From an uncultured Actinomycetes bacterium (GTDB lineage: Bacteria > Actinomycetota > UBA4738 > HRBIN12), in the NCBI GenBank assembly GCA_963704725.1, contig OY969934.1, forward strand, positions 1,344,001 to 1,408,000: 64,000 nucleotides of DNA. Direction: 5' to 3'. The notes under the pieces are model-generated. The model was not told the origin of the DNA, did not search any database, and saw only the letters and a program-made list of their open reading frames with translations. Positions 9,622 to 18,504 of this stretch are shown piece after piece. A program made the position numbers and the translations under genes. Within the stretch, counting starts at the first letter, position 1; each line of letters starts with the position of its first letter.

Positions 9622-10688
9622 ATGCTCCGACGAACGCTCCTGGTCGCCGCCCTGACCGGCCTGTCGCTGCTCGTGGCCGGCCCCGCGCTCGCGTGCGGCG
9701 GGCTCGTGAACGCGAACGGCAGCGTCTCGCTCGTCCGCACGACGACGCTGGCCGCGTACCACCAGGGTGTCGAGCACTACGTGACCTCGTTCGAGTTCGC
9801 CGGCGGCACGGGCGAGTTCGGCTCGATCATCCCGCTGCCCGGCGTGCCGTCGAAGGTGATCCGCGGTGGCGATTGGACGCTGCAGCGCCTGGTGCAGGAG
9901 ACCCAGCCGGAGCTCCGTGCGGTCGCCGAGCTGGCGGCGCCGGCGGCGGGGGACGCGAGCGTGATCCTGCGGACGCAGATCGATGCGCTCGACGTCGTCG
10001 TGCTGGAGGGCGGCGGCACGGCCGTCGGCACCTGGGCCAGCGAGCACGGCTTCTTCCTCCCGCCCGACGCGCCGGAGGTGCTCGACTTCTACGCCGAGCG
10101 CAGCCCCATCTTCATGGCCGTGCGGTTCGACGCGAGCCGGGCGGCGGACCTCGGGCTCGAGACGGGTGACGGAACGCCCGTGCACGTCGTGATCCCGACC
10201 ACGAACCCGTGGGTGCCGCTGCGGATCCTCGGCCTCGGCGCGGGCGCCGAGGCGCCGGTCGAGGCCGACGTCTTCCTGCTGACCGATCGGACGCCCGCCC
10301 TGCTCCCCGCGCCGGCCGAGAGGCGCCCGCCGGCGCCGGGCCCGTCGCGCCCGGCCTGGTGCTCGAGCGCAGCGAGCCCGCGTCGAGCGGGCTCATGACG
10401 GACCTCCGATCCGACAGGGGCATGAGCTGGATGCCGAACGACGGGATGTGGCTGTCCTACCTGCGGGTGGACACGACCGCAGGCGATCTGACGTACGACC
10501 TCGCCGTCGATGCGACCGGCGCGGGCCACCCGTCGCCGGTGGCCGCGGGCCTTCCGGCCGACACGGTGAGCGGTATCGACGCCGGCCGCTGGACGACCGC
10601 CGCGCTATGGGCGGCTGTGGCCCTGGTGGCTGCGATCGGGGCGGCGGTCGCGTTCGGGCGCGGGCGCGCCGGTCGCCCGGCGCTGTGA
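9622..10688 (+). pseudogene. DUF2330-family exported protein, frameshifted near 10310-10350 (pseudogene or sequencing error)
   Basis: Signal peptide ending ALA-CGG; frame 9622 turns into low-complexity sequence after ~10315, while the -1 frame continues (GLVLERSEPAS...DLRSDRGMSWMP...) to a C-terminal TM anchor and a stop overlapping the next start. Confidence 0.7.
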
Positions 10689-11089
10689 CGGCGCCCCGGC
10701 TCGCGGCGGCGACCGTGCTCGCCATGCTGGCCTGGGGCGGCCCTGCAACGAGCGCCCCCGACGCCACGCCCACCGTGCACGTCGGGATCCACTACTCGAG
10801 CTTCGAGCCGTCGGCGTTCGCGTTCGCGCCGGGGGACACCGTGACGTTCGTGGTCGAGAACGTCGATCCGATCGACCACGAGTTCATCATCGGTGACCGC
10901 GGGGTCCAGCTCGCGCACGAACGGGGGACGGAGTCCTACCATCCGCCGCGCCCCGGCGAGATGACGATCCCGGCCGGCGAGACGAGGACCACGACGTACA
11001 CGTTCGACGACCCCGGGCGGCTGATCTTCGGCTGCCATCTCCCCGGCCACTACGCGTACGGGATGCGAGGCACGATCGCCGTCGCCTGA
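10685..11089 (+). CDS. Exported cupredoxin (type-1 blue copper protein)
   Basis: GTG at 10685 overlaps the previous TGA; signal peptide; DHEF...FGCHLPGHYAYGM (H, C, H, M ligands). Confidence 0.85.
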   Translation: MTAPRLAAATVLAMLAWGGPATSAPDATPTVHVGIHYSSFEPSAFAFAPGDTVTFVVENVDPIDHEFIIGDRGVQLAHERGTESYHPPRPGEMTIPAGETRTTTYTFDDPGRLIFGCHLPGHYAYGMRGTIAVA

Positions 11090-11096
11090 TCCGGGC

Positions 11097-11126
11097 TTGG
11101 CGCAGGCGGAGAGGGCTCTGTATCAT
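11097..11126 (+). promoter_or_regulatory. Sigma-70-type promoter of tRNA-fMet
   Basis: TTGGCG-N18-TATCAT ending 5 nt before the tRNA. Confidence 0.6.
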
Positions 11127-11131
11127 CGACC

Positions 11132-11205
11132 TGCGGGGTGGAGCAGTCCGGTAGCTCGCTGGGCTCATAACCCAGAGGTCACGGGTTCAAATCCCGTCCC
11201 CGCGA
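11132..11205 (+). tRNA. tRNA-Met(CAT), initiator type; CCA not encoded
   Basis: Full cloverleaf; anticodon stem CTGGG/CCCAG with three G-C pairs, loop CTCATAA, T-loop TTCAAAT. Confidence 0.97.
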
Positions 11206-11210
11206 CGAAG

Positions 11211-11239
11211 GAAGCCGCAGGCCGACGGCCTGCGGCTTC
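11211..11239 (+). terminator. GC-rich hairpin downstream of tRNA-fMet
   Basis: GAAGCCGCAGGCC-GAC-GGCCTGCGGCTTC, 13-bp perfect stem, weak U-tract. Confidence 0.65.
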
Positions 11240-11291
11240 GTCGTCCCGCCAGCGGGTCCGACGCAGGAACGGGACGTTCTCGGGGGCGGGG

Positions 11292-12089
11292 ATGGAGCAG
11301 CTGAGGTTCGGGACGTATCTGGCGCCGAGCGTCCTTCCCGTGTACGAGGCGATCACCGAGGCGGTCGGGAGGCGGCTCGGCGTGCGCACCGAGCTCGTCG
11401 TCGAGACCTCGTACGAGAGCTGCGAGCGCGACGAGAACGAGGTCTGCTTCGTGTGCAGCCTCCCGTACGTGACCTTCGAGCGGCGCGGCCTCGATCTCGC
11501 CGTCCCCGTCGCCGCGCCGGTGCTCCAGGGCGAGCGGTACGGAGGGCGGCCGATCTACTTCTCCGACGTCATCGTTCCGCGCGACAGCCCCGTTCGCTCG
11601 TTCCTGGATCTGCGAGGGCGGTCGTGGGCGTACAACGAACCGCTCTCGCACTCGGGGTACGGCGTGACGCGCCATCACCTGGTGTCTCTCGGCGAGACCG
11701 ACGGGTTCTTCGGCCGGGTGGTCGAGGCGGGCTTCCACCAGGAGGCCGTCCGCATGGTGGCCCGGGGTGAGGCGGACGGGTCGGCGATCGACTCCCAGGT
11801 GCTGGCGATCGAATGCCGCGACCACCCCGAGCTCGCCGAGCAGGTGCGGGTGGTGGCGTCGCTCGGGCCCTCGACGATCCAGCCCGTGGCGGTGTCCCGG
11901 CGGGTCCCGGACGACCTCCGGGAGGCGATCCGCGACGTCCTCGTGACCATGGCCGACGACCCCGCCGATCGCGAGCGTCTCGCGCTCGGCCTGATCGATC
12001 GGTTCGTCCCCGTGGGTCCGGAGTCCTACGACGACATCAGGATGATGCTGGACGCCTGCGAGCGGGCCGGCTTCATGGAGCTCCGCTGA
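11292..12089 (+). CDS. PhnD/SsuA/transferrin-type substrate-binding-fold protein (no signal peptide)
   Basis: PIYFSDVIV, DLRGRSWAYNEPLSHSGY, GEADGSAIDS; start set at ATG 11292 because the longer ORF runs through the tRNA. Confidence 0.8.
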   Translation: MEQLRFGTYLAPSVLPVYEAITEAVGRRLGVRTELVVETSYESCERDENEVCFVCSLPYVTFERRGLDLAVPVAAPVLQGERYGGRPIYFSDVIVPRDSPVRSFLDLRGRSWAYNEPLSHSGYGVTRHHLVSLGETDGFFGRVVEAGFHQEAVRMVARGEADGSAIDSQVLAIECRDHPELAEQVRVVASLGPSTIQPVAVSRRVPDDLREAIRDVLVTMADDPADRERLALGLIDRFVPVGPESYDDIRMMLDACERAGFMELR

Positions 12090-12168
12090 GAGACGGAGAC
12101 CACGTCGGAACACCTACCCGTAGCTCTCCGGGAGATGGGCGCAGCGAACGCCGGGCTCTCGAGGTCGG

Positions 12169-12966
12169 TCAGGCCCCCAGGCTGCCGCAGGTGACGTCCA
12201 TGGCGCTCGCGGTCATGGCGCTCGCCAGATCCGACGCGAGGAACGCGGCGGCGTTCGCCACGTCCGCCAGCGCCGTCATGCGACCCAGCATCGTCTTGGC
12301 CGTGAGCCAGGCGACGAGCTGCTCGCGCGACATGCTTCCCGTCCCGGTGCCGTAGTCGGGGAACTCGTCGCCGTGGAGGGCCTCCGGGAGGCCGGTCGTG
12401 CGCAGCCAGGTGACGCGGATGCCGTGGGGCCCGAGCTCGGACGCCAGCTGCCGGCACAGGCTCTCGATCGCGTCGAACGTCACGCCCGTCCCGCCGACGT
12501 TCGGGATGACGTGACGGGCGGTGGTCGCCGTGACGGCCATGATCACGCCGGATCGTCGGGGGATCATGTGCCGCGCGGCCGCCCGCCCCGTCAGGAACTG
12601 CGCCCGCATCGCGATCGTGATCGGCCGGGCGAAGTCCTCGTACGACATCTCGATGAGCGGTGGCCCGTGGACGTCTCCATGGCCGATCGCGTTGAACGAG
12701 ACGTCGATGCGCCCGGCCCGGTCGGCCACGTCGTCCGCGTGCTCCTCGACCGCCCGCTCGTCCAAGGCGTCGACCCGAGCCACCTCCGCCGCGCCCCCCG
12801 CGGCCGAGATCTCGGCGGCCACCTCCTCGAGCGACGCCGGCGTTCGGCCGGCGAGGAACACTCTGGCTCCCTCCCGGGCGAAGCCCCGGGCCACGGCGCC
12901 CCCCACGAACCCTCCGGCGCCGTAGACCACCGCGACCCTGTCCTCGAGCAGCATGACCGCCTCCAT
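12169..12966 (-). CDS. SDR-family NAD(P)-dependent oxidoreductase
   Basis: AVVYGAGGFVG Rossmann motif, GRIDVSFNA, LASELGPHGIRV, DVANAAAFLAS; lacks the canonical YxxxK. Confidence 0.85.
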   Translation of the reverse strand: MEAVMLLEDRVAVVYGAGGFVGGAVARGFAREGARVFLAGRTPASLEEVAAEISAAGGAAEVARVDALDERAVEEHADDVADRAGRIDVSFNAIGHGDVHGPPLIEMSYEDFARPITIAMRAQFLTGRAAARHMIPRRSGVIMAVTATTARHVIPNVGGTGVTFDAIESLCRQLASELGPHGIRVTWLRTTGLPEALHGDEFPDYGTGTGSMSREQLVAWLTAKTMLGRMTALADVANAAAFLASDLASAMTASAMDVTCGSLGA

Positions 12967-13042
12967 CTCTCCACGTTGTCGATATGCGAGCGCAGCTTAG
13001 GGTCCGCCGGGGGCCCGGGACGCGCTACATTGCCGACGGCAC

Positions 13043-15673
13043 ATGGCTGAGCTGCCGACCGGGACCGTGACCTTCCTGTTCACGGACATCGAGGGTTCCA
13101 CCCGGCTCATGCACGAGCTGGGCGACCGGTACGCGGATGCCCTCCGGGCCCATCACGAGATCCTGCGTCGAGCCGTCGCGGACCACGAGGGCGTCGAGGT
13201 GAGCACGGCCGGCGACTCCTTCTTCGTGGCCTTCGCCTCCCCGTCGAGCGGCCTCGAAGCGGCGGTGGAGGCCCAGACGGCCCTCGCAGCCCACGCGTGG
13301 CCCTCGGACGACGCCCTGTCGGTCCGCATGGGCCTGCATACGGGGGAAGGCGCCGTGGGCGCCGACGGCTACGTCGGGCTGGACGTCAACCGGGCCGCGC
13401 GCATCGCCGCCGCCGCACACGGAGGGCAAGTCATCGTCTCGGAGGCCACGCGGTCGCTCGCCGAGCGCGCCGTTCCCGACGGCGTGACGCTCCGCGATCT
13501 GGGGGAGCACCGGCTCAGGGACATCGTCGACCCGGTGCGCCTGTTCGACCTCGTGATCGAGGGGCTCCCGTCCGAGTTCCCCCCTCCGCGGACCCTCGAC
13601 GCGCGCCCCAACAACCTCCCCGCGCAGCTCACCTCGTTCGTGGGGCGCGAGGACGAGATCGCGGAGGTCTCGAGGCTCTTGTCGCAGACACGGCTTCTCA
13701 CCCTCACCGGCCCGGGCGGGACCGGGAAGACGCGCCTGGCCGTGCAGGCCGCCCCGGAGCTGATGCTGGGCTTCGCCGACGGCGTCTACTTCGTCGACCT
13801 GTCCGCCGTGACCGATCCCGACCTCGTCCCGTCCGCCATCGCCAACGCCATCGGGATCCCGGAGGTGCCCGGGAGCCCGGTCCTCGAAGCCGTGAAGAAC
13901 CACCTCCGGACGAGGGAGCTGCTGCTGGTCATCGACAACTTCGAGCAGGTCGCGGACGCCGCGCCTCGGATCGGGGAGCTGCTCACCGCGGCGCCGAAGC
14001 TCAAGGTCCTGGTGACCTCGCGGTTCGTGCTGTCGGTGCCCGGTGAGCAGGAGTACGGCGTCCCGCCGCTCGAGCCGCCCGATCTGGATCGGCTCCCGGA
14101 CCTGCCCACCCTTCGGCGGGTGGAGGCGGTCCGGCTCTTCACGGACCGGGCCCTCGCGGTCCAACCGCAGTTCGAGATCACCGAGGACAACGCCCTCGCC
14201 GTCGCCGCCATCACGGCGCAGCTCGACGGCCTGCCCCTGGCCATCGAGCTCGCGGCCACCCGGACCAAGGTCCTGTCGCCCCAGCAGATGCTGCCGCGGC
14301 TGCAGCGGCGGCTGTCGATCCTGACGTCGGGAGCTCGCTCGCTCCCCGAGCGCCAGCGGACCCTCCGTCATGCGATCGCCTGGAGCCACGACCTCCTCGA
14401 CCCCGCCGAGCAGCGACTGTTCGCCCGGATGTCCGTGTTCCGGGGCGGGTGGGACGTCGAGGCGGCCGAGGTCATCTGCCATCCTCAGGACCTCGGGCTC
14501 GACGCCCTGGACGGGCTGACCTCGCTCGTCGACAAGTCTCTGATCCGAAAGAGCGAGGCCGGGTCGCGCTCGGTGCGGTTCTCCATGCTGGAGACGATCC
14601 GCGAGTTCGGCCTGGAGCAGCTCCACGCGATGAACGGCGTCGACATCACCCGCCGCCACGCCGAGTACTTCCTCGACCTGGCGATGGAGGCCGAGCCCCA
14701 TCTGACGGCCGACGATCAGGGCGAGTGGTTGGATCGCTGCGACGAGGAGCACCCCAACATCCGCGCCGCGCTCCGGTGGGCGGTCGAGGCCGGGGAGGCG
14801 GATCGCGCGCAGGACGCCGCCGGGGCCCTGTGGAGGTTCTGGCATCAGCGAGGGCACCTGGACGAGGGCCGGCGGTGGTTCGACGAGGTCCTGGCGATGC
14901 CGTCGGGGCAGGGATCGACGGCGGCCCGGGCCAGGGCGCTCCTCGGTGCCGGCGGGGTGGCCTGGTGGCAACGGGACCGCGACGCGACGGGCGCCTTCTA
15001 CAAGGAGGCCGTCGCGATCGAACGGGAGCTCGGGGACCCGGACCGGCTGGCCGAGGCGCTCTACAACCTCTCGTTCGTCGTGGCGGGGGACGACGTCGAC
15101 GCCGCCACGCCGCTTCTCCAGGAGAGCCTCTCCCTGTTCCGGCAGGTCGGCAACGAGGCCGGGATCGCCCAGGTCCTGTCGATGCTCGTGATCGAGGAGG
15201 CCAGGGCCGGCCGGTGGGACGCCGTGATCGCTCGGCTGGAGGAGACCACGACGATCTGGCGCCGGCTGGGCGATCGGCTCCACCTGGCGTTCGAGCTCGT
15301 CTGGCTGGCGTTCGCGTTCGGACGCACGGCCCGGCGGGAGGAGGCCCGCGCCGCGGCCCTGGATGCCCTTGAGCTGTTCCGGGAGGCGGACAATCCCACC
15401 GGCATCGGGATCATCCTGACCGACCTGGCCTTCCTCGCGACGTGGGAGGGCCGCCACGAGGACGCGCTCCGTCTGGCGGGGGCGGCGGAGTCGGTCCGTC
15501 AGCGGATCGGCGCGCCCCCCGGTGGCTTCGCCGGGATCCTCGAGGACGACCCGGCCGAAGAGGCTCGCGCTCACCTTCCGGACGACGCCTCGCGCTCGGC
15601 CTGGGAGGAGGGCCTCGCGATGAGCCTGGACGAGGCGGTGGCCTTCGGCCGGCGTTCGGCCGGGCAGGGCTAG
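13043..15673 (+). CDS. Class III adenylate/guanylate cyclase + STAND (NB-ARC-like) ATPase + TPR protein
   Basis: FLFTDIEGSTRL, GDSFF, RMGLHTG, VNRAARI; NNLPAQLTSFVGRE, GPGGTGKT, LLVIDNFEQ, LDGLPLAIELAA; helical repeats. Confidence 0.92.
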   Translation: MAELPTGTVTFLFTDIEGSTRLMHELGDRYADALRAHHEILRRAVADHEGVEVSTAGDSFFVAFASPSSGLEAAVEAQTALAAHAWPSDDALSVRMGLHTGEGAVGADGYVGLDVNRAARIAAAAHGGQVIVSEATRSLAERAVPDGVTLRDLGEHRLRDIVDPVRLFDLVIEGLPSEFPPPRTLDARPNNLPAQLTSFVGREDEIAEVSRLLSQTRLLTLTGPGGTGKTRLAVQAAPELMLGFADGVYFVDLSAVTDPDLVPSAIANAIGIPEVPGSPVLEAVKNHLRTRELLLVIDNFEQVADAAPRIGELLTAAPKLKVLVTSRFVLSVPGEQEYGVPPLEPPDLDRLPDLPTLRRVEAVRLFTDRALAVQPQFEITEDNALAVAAITAQLDGLPLAIELAATRTKVLSPQQMLPRLQRRLSILTSGARSLPERQRTLRHAIAWSHDLLDPAEQRLFARMSVFRGGWDVEAAEVICHPQDLGLDALDGLTSLVDKSLIRKSEAGSRSVRFSMLETIREFGLEQLHAMNGVDITRRHAEYFLDLAMEAEPHLTADDQGEWLDRCDEEHPNIRAALRWAVEAGEADRAQDAAGALWRFWHQRGHLDEGRRWFDEVLAMPSGQGSTAARARALLGAGGVAWWQRDRDATGAFYKEAVAIERELGDPDRLAEALYNLSFVVAGDDVDAATPLLQESLSLFRQVGNEAGIAQVLSMLVIEEARAGRWDAVIARLEETTTIWRRLGDRLHLAFELVWLAFAFGRTARREEARAAALDALELFREADNPTGIGIILTDLAFLATWEGRHEDALRLAGAAESVRQRIGAPPGGFAGILEDDPAEEARAHLPDDASRSAWEEGLAMSLDEAVAFGRRSAGQG

Positions 15674-15677
15674 CTCC

Positions 15678-15704
15678 GGAACCGAAGCGGCTCCCGGCGC
15701 CGTA
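15678..15704 (+). promoter_or_regulatory. Putative ECF sigma-factor promoter
   Basis: GGAACC-N17-CGTA just upstream of the sugar dehydrogenase gene. Confidence 0.5.
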
Positions 15705-15713
15705 GAACGCTTG

Positions 15714-17018
15714 ATGATGCACACGACCGTCCGGGCCGGCGGGAAGGCCGGCCGCGCCCACCGCATCGTGCGCGCCACGGCGCTCCTGTTCGCGCTCGCG
15801 GTGATGGCGGCGGCATGCGAGGGGAACCCCGGCGGAGGATCGGCCCGCACCTCGACCGGAACCACCGCCTCGTCGACCACCGGGCCCGCGGGTCCCTCGC
15901 CGACCCGGGCCGAGAGCCCGGCCTCGTTCGACCCCACCGTGGTCCGGCTGCGCCTGCGGTCGGTCGCGAGCGGTCTGGAATCGCCGCTGCTCGTGACGTC
16001 GGCGGGCGACGGTACCGGCCGCCTGTTCGTGGTCGAGAAGACGGGGCGGATCCGGATCATCGAGAGCGGGGAGCTCCTCGACACGCCGTTCCTCGACGTC
16101 TCGGATCGGCTCGTCTCCGGCGGAGAGCAGGGGTTGCTGGGGCTGGCGTTCCATCCGGCGTTCGCGACCACCGGGCGGTTCTTCGTGGACTACACCGATC
16201 TGCACGGCGACACGGTCGTGAGCGAGTTCGCCATCTCGGCCGACGACCCCGACCGCGCCGATCCCGCGTCCGAGCGCATCCTCCTGCAGGTCGACCAGCC
16301 CTACGCGAACCACAACGGCGGGAACCTCGTCTTCGGCCCGGACGGGTTCCTGTACGTGGGGATGGGCGACGGTGGGAGCGGCGGCGACCCCATGGGCAAC
16401 GGCCAGCGCCTCGACACCCTGCTGGGGAAGATGCTCCGGATCGACGTGGACACCCGAACCGGCGACGCCGCCTATGGGATCCCCCCAGGCAACCCGTTCG
16501 ACGAACGCGACGACGCGCGGCCCGAGATCTGGGCGTTCGGGCTGCGGAACCCGTGGCGGTTCAGCTTCGACCGCGAGACCGGGGACCTGTGGATCGGGGA
16601 CGTGGGCCAGTCGGCGTGGGAGGAGATCGACCGGATCGGGCCCGAGGACGCCGGCGCCGATCTGGGGTGGAACGTGATGGAGGGCCGGGTCTGCTTCCAG
16701 CCGGCGTCGGGGTGTGACGAGTCCGACCTGACGCTGCCGGTGGCCGTCTACGGCCACGAGGACGGATGCGCCGTCACCGGGGGGTTCGTCTATCGCGGTT
16801 CGCGATGGCCCGCGCTGGCCGGCGCGTACCTGTTCGCGGACTCCTGCTCGGGGATGATCTGGGGGCTGGACGCCGCCGATCCCCGGGCCGCGTCCCCCAC
16901 GGTCCTGCTCGAGACGGGGTTCGGCATCAGCTCCTTCGGGCAGGACGAGTCCGGCGAGCTCTACGTCGCCGACCTCATCGGCGGCACCGTCCTGCAGATC
17001 CAGGGCCCGCCCGCCTAG
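15714..17018 (+). CDS. PQQ-dependent glucose/sorbosone dehydrogenase family lipoprotein
   Basis: Lipobox AAAC; GEQGLLGLAFHP, NHNGG, GMGDGG, GLRNPWRFSFD, ISSFGQD; start uncertain (15711-15717). Confidence 0.9.
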   Translation: MMHTTVRAGGKAGRAHRIVRATALLFALAVMAAACEGNPGGGSARTSTGTTASSTTGPAGPSPTRAESPASFDPTVVRLRLRSVASGLESPLLVTSAGDGTGRLFVVEKTGRIRIIESGELLDTPFLDVSDRLVSGGEQGLLGLAFHPAFATTGRFFVDYTDLHGDTVVSEFAISADDPDRADPASERILLQVDQPYANHNGGNLVFGPDGFLYVGMGDGGSGGDPMGNGQRLDTLLGKMLRIDVDTRTGDAAYGIPPGNPFDERDDARPEIWAFGLRNPWRFSFDRETGDLWIGDVGQSAWEEIDRIGPEDAGADLGWNVMEGRVCFQPASGCDESDLTLPVAVYGHEDGCAVTGGFVYRGSRWPALAGAYLFADSCSGMIWGLDAADPRAASPTVLLETGFGISSFGQDESGELYVADLIGGTVLQIQGPPA

Positions 17019-17212
17019 GGCGCCGCCCCGTCCTCCTCGGGGGCGGCCGGACCGCGCTCGTCGGCGCGGACGACGATCCAGGCGATGGCCGCATAGGGCA
17101 GGGGCGTCAGCAGGAGGGGCCACGCTGCGCTCGCGGCGCTGGCAAGCCCGACCAGCCCGAAGCCGATCAGGAACAGGAGCACGATGGCGGTGATGCGACG
17201 GCGCTCGGTCAT
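17015..17212 (-). CDS. Small membrane protein (65 aa, two TM)
   Basis: MTERRRITAIVLLFLIGFG...; TAGGAT -10-like box 8 nt upstream. Confidence 0.55.
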   Translation of the reverse strand: MTERRRITAIVLLFLIGFGLVGLASAASAAWPLLLTPLPYAAIAWIVVRADERGPAAPEEDGAAP

Positions 17213-17308
17213 CGGCGGCCATCCTACCCGCGCCCCGGAGCCGCCCGCGGGATAGGATACGGTGCCCGTCGGGCCGGACCGCCCGCGTGCGGAAGGAGGA
17301 ACGCGCCG

Positions 17309-17728
17309 GTGTCTCATCACGACGTCCCGTCCAGGCTCGCGAACGTGCCGATCTTCTCCGGGTGCTCCAAGCGCGAGCTCGCGATCATCGCCCGAGCCGC
17401 CAAGGAGGTCTCGCACCGGGGCGGAGCGGTGATCGCGCGCGAGGGCGAGCGGGGCGTCGGCCTGTTCCTGATCATGGAGGGGCAGTGCTCCGTCACGATC
17501 GGCGGGAAGGCCAAGGCCATGCTCGGCCCCGGCGACTTCTTCGGCGAGGTGGCGCTGCTCGACGGGGGACCGCGCACGGCCACGGTCACCGCGATGGCGC
17601 CGGTCAAGCTCGTCGGCATCACCGGGTGGGTCTTCCGCGGACTCCTCATGGAGCATCCGTCGATCGCGCTGAAGACGCTCGAGGCCGTCGCCGGCCGCCT
17701 CCGGACGGTCTCGAAGGAGAGGGTCTAG
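17309..17728 (+). CDS. Stand-alone cyclic nucleotide-binding domain protein
   Basis: AGGAGG RBS + GTG; LANVPIFS, REGE.G, GPGDFFGEVALLDGGPRTATV; no HTH. Confidence 0.88.
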   Translation: MSHHDVPSRLANVPIFSGCSKRELAIIARAAKEVSHRGGAVIAREGERGVGLFLIMEGQCSVTIGGKAKAMLGPGDFFGEVALLDGGPRTATVTAMAPVKLVGITGWVFRGLLMEHPSIALKTLEAVAGRLRTVSKERV

Positions 17729-17739
17729 CCCGTCCCGTC

Positions 17740-18504
17740 GTGCCCTTCGTCGAACGACCGGACGGGACGCGGTTGTATCTCGAGGTCGCCGGCGATCCGC
17801 GACGGATCCCGCTCGTGCTCCTCGAGGGTCTGGGCGGAGACGTCTCGGGGTGGCGACGGAACCTCCCGCACCTGGCGGCCGAGCTGTTCGTGATCGCCTA
17901 CGACCACCGAGGGAACGGTCGAAGCGAGGGGGCGGACGCGCCGACGACGATGAGGACCTACGTCGACGATTGCCTCGCCGTGCTGGACGAGCTCCGGCTC
18001 GAACGGGTCCACGTGTACGGGCAGTCGTTCGGCGGGGCGGTGGCGCTGGAGCTCGCGCTCACCCATCCCGAGCGGGTCCGCTCCGCGATCCTGGCGGCGA
18101 CGCATCCGGGAGCCCGCCACGCGGTGCCGTCCTCCGCGCGGTCGCCGAAGGACAAGCCCTGGCTGCAGCGCTACTCGACGGCGTTCGCCGAGGCGCATCC
18201 GGACCTCGTCCGTGAGGACCTCGGCCTCCAGGAGCGGCGGAGCCGGGCGGGGGAGCGCCGGCAGTGGGAGGCGATGCGGGCGTGGGACGCCTACGACCGG
18301 CTGGGCGACGTGGCCGTTCCGGTGCTCATCCTGCACGGGTCGCAGGACCGGCTGATGCATCCCGACAACGCCCGACTGCTGGCGGAGCGGATCCCGGGAG
18401 CCGAGCTCGAGCTCATCGAGGGCGCCGGGCACGCGTACCAGCTGGAGCGGGCAGAGGAGGCGGACGAGATCGTGCTCGGGTTCGTGCGGAGGCACCGCTC
18501 GTGA
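17740..18504 (+). CDS. Alpha/beta-fold hydrolase
   Basis: YDHRGNGRS, GQSFGG nucleophile elbow, HGSQD, GAGH. Confidence 0.88.
   Translation: MPFVERPDGTRLYLEVAGDPRRIPLVLLEGLGGDVSGWRRNLPHLAAELFVIAYDHRGNGRSEGADAPTTMRTYVDDCLAVLDELRLERVHVYGQSFGGAVALELALTHPERVRSAILAATHPGARHAVPSSARSPKDKPWLQRYSTAFAEAHPDLVREDLGLQERRSRAGERRQWEAMRAWDAYDRLGDVAVPVLILHGSQDRLMHPDNARLLAERIPGAELELIEGAGHAYQLERAEEADEIVLGFVRRHRS

Noticed and set aside
11097-11291. N-terminal extension of the PhnD-like ORF
   Set aside because: It reads through the tRNA-Met gene and its terminator; ATG 11292 is the plausible start.
13025-16171. 1048-aa minus-strand ORF
   Set aside because: Antisense shadow of the cyclase-STAND and PQQ dehydrogenase genes; long stop-free shadow frames are expected at this GC, and it has no motifs.
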